From Chrysemys picta bellii (taxonomy: Eukaryota), in assembly GCF_011386835.1 (NCBI RefSeq), contig NC_088807.1, positions 19,344,001-19,408,000 on the forward strand: a stretch of 64,000 bases of DNA. The letters are read 5' to 3'. Numbering within the stretch: position 1 is the first letter of the stretch; each line of letters starts with the position of its first letter. Below the pieces are notes generated by a model. The model was not told where the DNA came from. It was given only the letters and a program-made list of their open reading frames with translations, and did no database searches. Below, piece by piece: positions 49,748 to 60,829 of this stretch. The position numbers and the translations under genes are program-made.

Positions 49748-49785
49748 CTGCTCTCGCGGCCGCTGCCGGAAACGGAAAGGGAGGA
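49748..49785 (-). promoter_or_regulatory. RPL28: RPL28 non-coding exon 1 with 5'TOP tract
   Basis: Minus strand reads TTCCTCCCTTTCCGTTTCCGGCAGCGGCCGCGAGAGCAG|gtatcg. Confidence 0.8.
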
Positions 49786-49829
49786 ACCCGGCGATTGGCG
49801 CAGGGACGGAACATCCGCAGCGCGCGCCC

Positions 49830-49990
49830 CACTCGGGAATCTCCGGCCCCGCCCCTCGGGCGCGTTCGGCTCCGCTCGGGAATCTCCGGCACCGCCCCTC
49901 GGGCGCGTTCGGCTCCGCTCGGGAATCTCCGGCACCGCCCCTCGGGCTCGTTCGGCTCCGCTCGGGAATCTCCGGCTCGTTCGGCTCCTC
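49830..49990. promoter_or_regulatory. 43-bp tandem repeat x4; each unit has GGGAATCTCC (NF-kB consensus), and three have a GC box
   Basis: GGGAATCTCC at 49835, 49878, 49921 and 49964; CCGCCCC follows in the first three units. Confidence 0.65.
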
Positions 49991-50683
49991 TCGGACACAT
50001 TCGGCTCCGCTCGGCTCTTTCCGGCGCTAGCCCCCCTTTCCCCACCCACATCAAAGCGGGGATGTGTGTAAATCTTTCCTCGCCCCGGGCGCGGCCCGCC
50101 CCAGGGCTCCCCCAGCGGCCCCTGCAGCCCAGGGACCAGGCACCTGCCCCCCCCCCTCCACAGCAACGTCCCCCCAGTTGGCGGGGGGTGGGTGAGGTTT
50201 TTGACTCCCAATATATATTTCTATTAGGTGTATTGCGGTAGTCCTGGGAGCTAGGCGCTGTTCATTGTTCATTCGGTGTATTACAGTAGCGCCCAGTCAT
50301 GGCCCCTTGGTGCACGGTGCTGTACATGACGGTAGCACCATGTCACATTTTTTCCATTTCCCTGTGACTTTTTTCTTCTGGCTCATTAGTGATCACTGAG
50401 GGGCTGAGGGTCGGGAGTGAGGGGCACCGGCAGAGCTGGGGGGAGCCCAGGGCCGGGGTAGCAGGGGGCTGCGGGTCGGGAGTGAGGGGCACCGGCAGAG
50501 CTGGGGGCTAGCAGGGGGCTGTGGGTCAGCAGTGAGGAGCACCGTTCATTGAGCCAGTTGCGGGGGCTGGTAATTAACAAGCCCCAGGGGGTGCATTGAT
50601 CGGGGCTGGCGCGCAGGCCGGGGATCGATGGGGCGCGGGGCTGGCTCCGGTGTTCAGTCGGGACGGGGCCGTGGGCGGGCGGG

Positions 50684-50861
50684 ATGGGGCTGTGGGGGGC
50701 CCTGGTGCTGCTGGCCCTGCTGGGGGGCGGGGGGCGCCCCTTCGAGCTGCAGGAGGCCATCCGGGAGCTGCAGAGCGAGAACGCCCAGCTGCAGGGCCGG
50801 GTTCAGAACCTGAGCCAGGCCCTGGGCGAGCTGCGTCTGCTCGTCTGGAACCGCTCGCGGG
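50684..50861 (+). CDS. Unrecognised gene exon 1: signal-peptide-like N-terminus plus five-heptad leucine zipper
   Basis: MGLWGALVLLALLGGGGRPFELQEAIRELQSENAQLQGRVQNLSQALGELRLLVWNRSR. Nearly all codons end in G/C; in-frame TGA upstream at 50597; donor G|gtgagc. Confidence 0.8.
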
Positions 50862-51747
50862 GTGAGCTGGGGATGGGGATGGGGTGGGGCCTAGGGACCA
50901 GCCCCCTCCCGGGTGCAGAGCCCCCGTTCCTGGGTGCAGAGCCCCCATCCCGTGACACCCCCCCTGAGAGCATAGCACCCTCCGGGTTCAGAGCCCCCCC
51001 CCCGGCATCAGAGCCCCCCTCCTAGGGTCCCCTAACAGCAGAGCCAACCCCCCTCCCAGGGTGCAGACCCCCCCAATGCATATCCCCCACAGGCCCCCCC
51101 CCCCCGAGAACAGAGCATCTGCACCATTGAGAGTAGCCCCCCCAGAATAGAAACCCCCTTTTCTGAAACAAGACTCCCCCAAACCAGTGACCCAACCCCA
51201 GAGACCCCCCTTTGAGATCAGTGACCCCCCCACCCACGTCCCCTTCCCCCCAAGACTGGGACCCCCTTAGACCAGAGACCCCCCCTTCACTCCTTCTGTC
51301 CCACTCCCCCAGACTGGACACCAGCTCAGGGGACCCCAAACCTGGAGCAGGGTAGGGGGGGGCTCCGTCATCCATCCCTCGACTTCTCTGCTGGGGGGGG
51401 GGCTGTCAGTGCCTGGGAGGGGCCTGTTTGAGAACTAGGCTGAGGCCCCCCAAATTCATCACACATACGTAGCCATCAGGCCATGACTGATCTGGGCTGG
51501 GTTGGGAGATCAACTGGACCCTTGGCTCGGGGGGGTGGACGAGGGGTGGTGGTGTCTAGTGGGTTAGAGTGGGGGTGAGGCTGGGAGCCAGGACTCCTGG
51601 GTTCTCTCCCCTGCTCTGGGAGGGGAGTGGGGTCTAGTGGCTGGAGCAGAGGAGGGGCTGGGAGCCAGGACTCCTGGGTTCCGTCCCTGGCTCGGGGGTG
51701 GGGGACGTGGTTAGAGCGCCTCTGATTCCCCTCTGTCCTCCCCCCAG

Positions 51748-51908
51748 ATTCAGGAGCTGCGCCCGAGCACCTACTCCATGACCACCTGCCCTGCCGGCCG
51801 GACCCGCCCCACGGCCGCAGCGCTGCCCCCCAACTCCACGTACCCTGCCTAGGGCTGCTGGGGGCGCTGGCCCTGCGCAGCCCCCTCCTGCTGCTGGCGG
51901 GGGACTGA
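51748..51908 (+). CDS. Unrecognised gene exon 2: linker plus GPI-signal-like hydrophobic tail
   Basis: Pyrimidine tract and cag|AT, phase-compatible with exon 1; DSGAAPEHLLHDHLPCRPDPPHGRSAAPQLHVPCLGLLGALALRSPLLLLAGD*; AATAAA at 52059-52064. Confidence 0.7.
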
Positions 51909-52379
51909 GACACCGCGTGCCCCTGGCTGTGTGTGTGGGGGGGGCGACTGCCCCCCACCCTGTTAGAACCCTGAGGAGCAAAGAACAATGAGGGGAGGGG
52001 CTGGAGTTGGGACAGATTTGGGGTGGCAAATCCCCCCCTCACCCTACAGCCCTGCAAAAATAAACAGCCTGGGGCAACATGGATGAGGCTGGGCTCGTGT
52101 TTTGTGGTGCCGGGTTCCCCGCTGCCCCCCCCCCCCCCCCCGTGTCCCAGCTCCTCCCCCGTCCCCGTCAGTTGATTAGCTGCCGCTGCTAATTGTGTCA
52201 TTAAGCAGCAGGGGCTGAGGTGGGGCTGCAGCTAATGTGGGTCATTCGATGGGCTTTTTCCATCCCGCCCCCCCCCCCAGTGCGGGCCCAGAACCCCCGG
52301 GGGCGGCGGGGGCTGAGCAGGGAGCGGGAAGGAGCAAATTTGTAACTGCAACACATGGTAGCAATGGGGGCCTGAGCCT

Positions 52380-53250
52380 GGGAGCCTCCCAGAGCCGGGG
52401 GGAGAACCCAGGAGTCCTGGCTCCCAGCCCCCCCCCCCCACGCTCTAACCACTAGACCCCCCCCCCTCCCCTCCCTGAGCCAGGGAGAGAACCCAGGAGT
52501 CCTGGCTCCCAGCTCCCCCTGCTCTAACCACTAGACCCCCCCTCCTCTCCCCTCCCTGAGCCAGGGAGAGAACCCAGGAGTCCGGGCTCCCAGCCCCCCC
52601 TGCTCTAACCACTAGACCCCCCTCCTCTCCCCACCCTGAGCCAGGGAGAGAACCCAGGAGTCCGGGCTCCCAGCCCCCCCTGCTCTAACCACTAGACCCC
52701 CCCCCTCCTCTCCCCTCCCAGAGCCAGGGAGAGAACCCAGGAGTCCGGGCTCCCAGCTCCCCCCCGCTCTAGCCACTGGACCCCCCCTCCTCTCCCCACC
52801 CTGAGCCAGGGAGAGAACCCAGGAGTCTGGGCTCCCAGCCCCCCCTGCTCTAACCACTAGACCCCCCTCCTCTCCCCTCCCTGAGCCAGGGAGAGAACCC
52901 AGGAGTCCGGGCTCCCAGCCCCCCCTGCTCTAACCACTAGACCCCCCTCCTCTCCCCACCCTGAGCCAGGGAGAGAACCCAGGAGTCCGGGCTCCCAGCC
53001 CCCTCTGCTCTAACCACTAGACCCCCCCTCCTCTCCCCTCCCAGAGCCAGGGAGAGAACCCAGGAGTCCGGGCTCCCAGCCCCCCCTGCTCTAACCACTA
53101 GACCCCCCCCTCCTCTCCCCTCCCAGAGCCAGGGAGAGAACCCAGGAGTCCGGGCTCCCAGCTCCCCCCCGCTCTAACCACTGGACCCCCCTCCTCTCCC
53201 CCACCCTGAGCCAGGGAGAGAACCCAGGAGTCTGGGCTCCCAGCCCCCCC
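52380..53250 (-). repeat. Long tandem array of tRNA/SINE-like monomers
   Basis: GAGCCAGGGAGAGAACCCAGGAGTCC...GCTCTAACCACTAGACCCC units of ~60-62 bp. Confidence 0.85.
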
Positions 53251-53547
53251 CCCACTTCCTGTCCCACTGCTCAGCCTCTCTCCTCTAATTACTTCCCTGT
53301 GTTTAAATCTCCCCTGGCCTCCCGGGCTTTAGGGGAAATGCTCTGGCTCCCTGACATGTTGATCTTAATGAAAGGAACATGCCAGGCAGTGCTTTGCTGC
53401 CAGCTGGGCCCTAATCCCCTGGGATTTCAGCCCTCAGCTCGAGGGGGGGGCTGGGTTCCCCCGTTAACTCTGCCCTCCACTGCCCAGCCTGGATGGGAGC
53501 TGGCGCCCCCTGGAGGGGAAAGGCCCCGAGCCCCATTCCCTGCCCCC

Positions 53548-53670
53548 TAGGGTGACCACATAGCAAGTGTGAAAAATTGGGATGGGGGTGAGGGGTAATA
53601 GGAGCCCATATAAAAAAAAGCCCCAAATATCGGGACCGTCCCTATAAAATCGGGACATCTGGTCACCCTA
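53548..53670. mobile_element. hAT MITE
   Basis: TIRs TAGGGTGACCA / TGGTCACCCTA flanked by the direct repeat CCTGCCCCC. Confidence 0.85.
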
Positions 53671-53969
53671 CCTGCCCCCCCCGAGCCAGCCCAGCTGCCC
53701 CTCTGTAACCCAGCTGGTTCCCCATATACATCCTATCCCTGCCCTGCCCTATTCCTGCCCCCCCCATTCCTGCACTCCATGTCCCCTCCCCTGTCCTTGG
53801 GAAACAGGGGTGGGGGGGGCCTGTGTCTGGACCCCTCCCTCCACTGACCTCTACTCCCCCCAGTGCAGAGGAGCCGGTCGGTCCCTTTCCGTACATAGGG
53901 GGAGCTGTGGGGCCCCATACGGACCCGAACCGGCTGGCACCCTCAGCCCAGGCGGCGGGGAGTGTGAGC

Positions 53970-54760
53970 AGATACCGCCCCCCCCAGCAGGGGGCAGTGG
54001 GGAGTGTGCGCAGATACCGCCCCCCCAGCAGGGGGCAGCGAGGAGAGTGAGCAGATACCCCCCAGCAGGGGGCAGCGGGGAGTGTGAGGCGATACCCCCC
54101 CCAGCAGGGGGCAGCGGGGAGTGTGCGCAGATACCGCCCCCCCAGCAGGGGGTAGCGGGGAGTGTGCGCAGATACCACCCCTCCAGCAGGGGGCAGCGGG
54201 GAGTGTGAGGCGATACCCCCCCCCAGCAGGGGGCAGCGGGGAGTGTGCGCAGATACCACCCCTCCAGCAGGGGGCAGCGGGGAGTGTGAGGCGATACCCC
54301 CCGCAGCAGGGGGCAGCGGGGAGTGTGCGCAGATACCGCCCCCCCAGCAGGGGGCAGCGGGGAGTGTGCGCAGATACCCCCCAGCAGGGGGCAGCGGGGA
54401 GTGTGAGGCGATACCCCCCCCAGCAGGGGGGAGCGGGGAGTGTGAGGCGATACCCCCCCAGGAGGGGGCAGCGGGGAGTGTGCGCAGATACCGCCCCCCA
54501 GCAGGGGGCAGCGGGGAGTGTGAGGCGATACCCCCCCAAGAGGGGGCAGCAGGGAGTGTGAGGCGATACCCCCCCCAGCAGGGGGCAGCGGGGAGTGTGC
54601 GCAGATACCGCCCCCCCAGCAGGGGGCAGCGGGGAGTGTGAGGCGATACCCCCCCCCAGCAGGGGGCAGTGGGGAGTGTGAGGCGATACCCCCCCCAGCA
54701 GGGGGCAGCAGGGAGTGTGAGGCGATACCCCCCCCAGCAGGGGGCAGTGGGGAGTGTGCG
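53970..54760 (+). repeat. ~40-bp minisatellite, ~20 copies, most with a perfect CTCF core CCAGCAGGGGGCAG
   Basis: Directly visible in each unit. Confidence 0.85.
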
Positions 54761-54829
54761 CACAGATACACACACACACATGCACACATACGGATCTGCT
54801 TTCAGGGATCGTTTCTGTCGTGTGTATCT

Positions 54830-55430
54830 CACAGACTTTAAGGTCAGAAGGGACCATTATGATTGTCTAGTCTGACCTCCTGCACAGCGCAGGCCACAGA
54901 ATCTCACCCACCCACTGCTGTAACAAACCCCTGACCTGTGTCTGAGTTACTGAAGTCCTCAACTCGTGGTTTAAAGACCTCAAGGTGAGAGAATCCTCCA
55001 GCAAGTGACCCGTGCCCCACGCTGCGGAGGAAGGCAAAAAATCCCCAGGGCCTCTGCCAATCTGCCCTGGAGGAAAATTCCTTCCTGACCCCAAATATGG
55101 CGATTGGCTAAACCCTGAGCATGTGGGCAAGACTCACCAGCCAGACACCCAGGAACGAATTCTCTGTAGTAACTCAGATCCCAGCCCATCTAACAGCCCA
55201 TCACAGACCATTGGGCATCTACTGCTAATAGTCAAAGATCAATTAATTGCCAAAATGAGGCTATCCCATTATACCATCCCCTCCATAAACTTATCAAGCT
55301 TAGTCTTGAAGCCAGATAGGTCTCTTGCCCCCACTGCTCCCCTGGGAAGGCTGTTCTAGAACTTCACTCCTCTGATGGTTAGAAACCTTCGTCTAATTTC
55401 AAGTCTAAACTTCCTAATGTTCAGTTTATA
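54830..55430 (-). mobile_element. CR1 LINE 3' end (ORF2 C-terminus and 3' UTR)
   Basis: Minus strand encodes IRKFRLEIRRRFLTIRGVKF*NSLPRGAVGARDLSGFKTKLDKFMEG, followed by the typical turtle CR1 3' UTR. Confidence 0.9.
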
Positions 55431-56796
55431 TCCATCACGATGCTTATCCCCCTTCTTTGTCTGTCTCCTGAGCATCGGTACTCTCTTTCTTCCATCCACT
55501 CACCTACCCCCTCTGCCGAGACACCCCCTCTATCTATCTATNNNNNNNNNNNNNNNNNNNNNNNNNNNNNNNNNNNNNNNNNNNNNNNNNNNNNNNNNNN
55601 NNNNNNNNNNNNNNNNNNNNNNNNNNNNNNNNNNNNNNNNNNNNNNNNNNNNNNNNNNNNNNNNNNNNNNNNNNNNNNNNNNNNNNNNNNNNNNNNNNNN
55701 NNNNNNNNNNNNNNNNNNNNNNNNTCTCTCCCTCTCTCTGCCCCCCGCTGACCCCTCCAGCTGTGCAGGGCCGAGGGGATCAAGCTGAGTATCCCCCCCC
55801 CAATTGATTAGATGCTAATCCACAGCCCTCGGCACCAGGGCGCCTTTGCGCTAATGAAGAGCTTTTCAATCAGCCGCGCGGTGTGTCGTCCCCCGCCCCT
55901 CAGCGGCTCAGTCCTGGGGGAAGCGGTTCCCCAGTCCCCAGCCCAGCAGGCATCAAGGGTCGTAGCCAGGCGCAGAGAGCCGTTCGGGGGGCTCACAGGA
56001 CACAAGGGGCAGGAGACCGCGGATTTTATGAAGCCAGCCAGACTCCAGGCTGCGTCCTGTGGGTGTGGAGCCCAGCGGAGACGGGTCCGGTTTGAGACTG
56101 TTCCAATCCACGGAGCAATTCCTCGCGGATCCGCTTTTCCTTTGCATCCCCCAAGCCCGGTAGCCAACGTCGCCTGGTCGAAGAGCCGCGTCGGTTTTAT
56201 TGAGCGATGCAAAATCCAGTCCCGGCCCCGGCCCCGCTCCCTGGCTTGAACAGCTGAGGTGAGCCAGATCTCAGACTCTGCTGGAGTTTCATTCCTTTGA
56301 AGGGAAAGGCCCAGCTCAAAGTGTCTTCAAAACGGCCTCTTTTGAGTCGTACTCCCTGATACACGCTCCGGCTTGAAGACTCAGTCTGGTGTGTGTGTGG
56401 GGGGGTGTTGTTCTTTTGAACGGATTAAATCTTTGGGGACCAAATGAAGGACCGTCGTGCGCCCAAAACTTTGCCTCCCGAAATTCACCCGGTTTAAGAC
56501 TGCGTGAGAGCCAAAGACTCCCAACCCCGTCCGGCTCCCCGATCTCAGCAACGGATAGTCACTGGATTTCAGACTCTCTTGCAATTTTCTTCTGTGGGCT
56601 CCACCCAAGTAACTCGGCATCCATCTAAGGCTCTCGACGGCCTGGCTCTTCGCCGCTCATCCTGGCCCTGTGGCGGCAAATCGGGCCAGTCACACGCCGA
56701 TTTTTGGCAGGTAGCCCAAACGCTGCTTCGTTTGCCGCCCCAATCTCCACAACCGCTGGAGTTTGTTCTTTTGAACCAGCGCCGGTCCGAAGACGG

Positions 56797-56969
56797 TGTA
56801 ACGCCCGGGCGGGCGGGATCGAACCGGGGACCTCGGGAGCTAAATGCGTGAGCCTTCACTGCATGAGCTAAAAGCCAACTGGCTGGCGAGCAGACTCATT
56901 AATCTCTAAGTGGTCTCCGTGCCACTCGATGGGCCAGAGCACCACACCCAGGAGGTGTGTGGGTTACCA
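56797..56969 (-). mobile_element. Short element with TGTAAC...GTTAC termini containing a tRNA-like segment
   Basis: B box GGTTCGATCCC on the minus strand at 56815-56825; inverted TGTAAC/GTTAC ends; no TSD seen. Confidence 0.5.
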
Positions 56970-57407
56970 GGGCCCCAAAGTGCCTCCAACCCCGAACTGA
57001 GCAGCTGATCTTTAGCCCAATAAAGCAGCGGGTTGGGGGTGGGGGGGAACGGGGAGTTGGATGCTACATAATTCGCCGCAGCTTTGCAGGGAAGACAGAG
57101 ACCCAGCGCTGGATTAGGGAGCAGCGAGGAGAAAAGATTTGATTCCTGCCTCCAAGACAGGCTAGACGCTAAGAGTGGATTAACCGATCAGTCTGCAGAG
57201 CGTGGAGCATCGGCCTTGCCCGTCCAATTTGGGGAGGGAGGGAAGGGGCCATATGGGAGCCCAAATCGCCGTCTGGAATCCAAGAAACTTTCTTTCCCGG
57301 AGAGATTTGAATCCTTGGCTGTGAGTGGGAGGGAGAGAGAACGACCCGGGGGTGGGGGAGGCACATTAGGAAGGGAGCCGACGGTCTGTGGCGACGGAGG
57401 CCGGGGG

Positions 57408-57720
57408 ATGATGATCAAGCTAAGCCGGAAGACGCGCTCGCTGCTGGCGCTGGCCTTGAACTCGCTGGCCCTCTGCTTCGCGGTGTCGGCCTTCGCCACC
57501 AGCTACTGGTGCGAGGGGACGCACAAGGTGGTCAAGCCGCCGTGCCTGTCGGCCATCAGGAAGGGCAACTGCGTGCCCGTCGGGGCCAACGAGACGGAGG
57601 CCGGGAACGCCACCCTGGACCCCAATGTGGTGCAGTACATCTGGGAAACGGGCGAGGACAAGTACGCCTTCCGGTACTTCCACACCGGCTTCTGGCTCTC
57701 CTGTGAGGAGCACCACGGAG
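57408..57720 (+). CDS. GSG1-like: GSG1-family (claudin/PMP22/TARP-like) gene exon 1
   Basis: MMIKLSRKTRSLLALALNSLALCFAVSAFATSYWCEGTHKVVKPPC...YIWETGEDKYAFRYFHTGFWLSCEE; GSG1 signatures WCEGT, WETGED and FHTGxWxSCEE; donor |gtagga. Confidence 0.95.
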
Positions 57721-58117
57721 GTAGGAACAGCCCCCGCGCCCCACCCCAGAGGTGGCTGCATCTCAGTGTCGGGCGAGGGGTCCCCGTATACCAGCCCCCG
57801 CGCCCCACCCCCAGAGGTGGCTGCATCTCAGTGTCGGGCGAGGGGTCCCCGTATACCAGCCCCCGCGCCCCACCCCAGAGGTGGCTGCATCCCAGTGTCG
57901 GGCGAGGGGTCCTTATATACCCAGCCCCTGCGCCCCACCCCAGAGGTGGTCACATCTCAGTGTCGGGCGAGGGGTCCCCTGATGTGGCCGCGTCTCAGCC
58001 CACCGCCAAGGTAAACCCAATAAAGATTTGGTGGGGGGGTTGAACTGTGCCCCCTCCGTCCCGCTGATCTCACACTCTGTCCTTTTCTCTCTCCCTTACC
58101 CCGCCCCCCCCCCCCAG

Positions 58118-58167
58118 ACGAGATCTGTCGCAGTTTCATAGAGCTGCCCCCCGAGTCGGAGAAAGAG
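58118..58167 (+). CDS. GSG1-like: GSG1-family exon 2 (DEICRSFIELPPESEKE); one G apparently missing at the junction
   Basis: cccag|...|gtgagc; CRSFI motif. One added G restores the frame into GVLWLS. Confidence 0.85.
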
Positions 58168-58299
58168 GTGAGCGGCCGGACAGACGGACAAAGCCGGGAC
58201 GGGACTTTCCCCTCCTGCCAGCCAAGGCCCTCGCCAGAGGCATGTGGTGGGCCCAGCTTGGGAGCTCCCCCATGGGCACCCCCAGGATTGGGGCTCCAG

Positions 58300-58640
58300 C
58301 TGGCAGCCCCCCCACTGACACACACACCAGCAGCTCCCGACACACACACATCCAGCAGCCCTCCCACTGACACACACACCAGCAGCCCTCCCACTGACAC
58401 ACACACCAGCAGCCCCTGACACACACACATCCAGCAGCCCCCCCCCACTGACACACACACCAGCAGCCCCCGATACACACACCCCAGCAGCCCCCCCCAC
58501 TGACACACACACCCCCAGCAGCCCCCCCCGATACACACACCACCCCAGCAGCCCCCCCACTGACACACACCCCAGCAGCCCCCCCCACTGACACACACAC
58601 ACCAGCAGCCCCCCGATACACACACCCAGCAGCCCCCGTC
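58300..58640. repeat. CCCCCCACTGACACACACACCCAGCAGC minisatellite
   Basis: Direct tandem units. Confidence 0.85.
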
Positions 58641-58736
58641 CCGTCTGGGGCAGAGCAGGGCTGAGAGGGAGGCAGCGGGAGGCAGGTCCGGGGGGCGGGA
58701 TGGGGGGGCTGTGCTGACCGTGGGGTGCCCCCCCAG

Positions 58737-58890
58737 GGGTGCTGTGGCTGTCGGTGGCGTCGGAGTTCCTGTACATCGTCCTGCTCAGCGTCGGCTTCGT
58801 GCTCATGGGGACTGGACGCCACCTGCTACGCAGACTTCATCGCCGGGCTCAAGATCAACGCCTTCGCCGCGGTGATCACCGTGCTGTCGG
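58737..58890 (+). CDS. GSG1-like: GSG1-family exon 3 ([51 protein letters not shown]); one extra base at ~58808
   Basis: 154 nt versus a frame-preserving 153; TM2 and TM3 with the GLKxNAFAAV motif. Confidence 0.9.
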
Positions 58891-59544
58891 GTACTGGCCC
58901 CCTGTCTCCCCCCGGCCCTCCAGCCCCCCGCCTGCCCCCCAGCCTGTCCCCTGCCTGCCCCCCCCGTCCCCCAGCCGCCCGCCTGTCCCCTGCCTGCCCC
59001 CAACCTGCCCCCCAACGCCTTTGCCGTGGTGATCACCGCGCTGTTGGGGTACCGGCCCCCCGCCTCCCCCGTGACCCCTGCCTGCCCTCCAGCCCCCCGC
59101 CTGCCTCCCAACACCTTCGTCGCGGTGATCACTGTGCTGCCGGGTACCAGCCCGCCCCGGTCCCCCGCCTGCCCCCCGGCTCTCCACCTGCCCCCCAGCA
59201 ACCCAGCCCCCCGCCTGCCCCCCAACACCTTCACCATGGTGATCACTGTGCTGTGGGATACCGAGCCCCCGGGCCCTCTGCCCCCCTGCCTTCCACTCTT
59301 CCCCGTGCCCCCTCTGCCCCCCGCCTGCTCCCCTGCCCATCAACATCCCCCCAATGTCTTTGCCGCTCCCCCTTCGCCCCCCCCCCAGCCTCCCATCCCC
59401 TACATTCATTAGTGTGCTGCCGGGTGCCACCCCACCCAAACTCCCATGGCCCCCAGACATCACCCCCCCCATTAATCCCTTCAGTGCCACTGCCCTCCCT
59501 GATCCCCCCCTGCCCCCCCGTGCTCACTGAGCTCTGTCCCAGAC

Positions 59545-60501
<957 letters not shown>

Positions 60502-60829
60502 TGAGTGGGTGAGTGACCCTGGGGACATGGGGCCTTTCCCTTCTAGGGGGCGCCAGCTCCCATCTGGCCCCCAAGTGCCCTGCTGTTCCCCCTGTTCTGG
60601 GGACGCACGGTGGAGTCCATCCTGGCCCTTTGGAAGAGCCCCGGAGATGTTGGACAGATAGGTGCATGGCTGGGGAGGGGCAGGCCTGGGGGACGGACAG
60701 ACTGAGGGACAGAGGGACGTGGGGCGGCTGGGTGTAAGGGTGGGTGGGAAATACATGGGCCGATGAGAGGATGACTAGCTGGCTGGCTGGGAAGGGAATG
60801 GCGGAAGAGCTGCTGGATGGGAAGATTGC

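Noticed and set aside
47338-50241. Very long Gly/Arg-rich and Pro-rich ORFs (700-1200 aa) on both strands
   Set aside because: They are translations of the G-rich minisatellite in RPL28 intron 1, which lacks stop codons; there is no coding signature.
50684-51908. TMEM238 or TMEM190 orthologue by position
   Set aside because: No similarity to the recalled sequences: it lacks the two-TM WYTGNI core of TMEM238 and the Cys-rich ectodomain of TMEM190.
55812-56249. 145-aa ORF containing an RVRF (PP1-docking-like) motif
   Set aside because: No clear GC3 bias, splice support or family similarity; the region looks regulatory.
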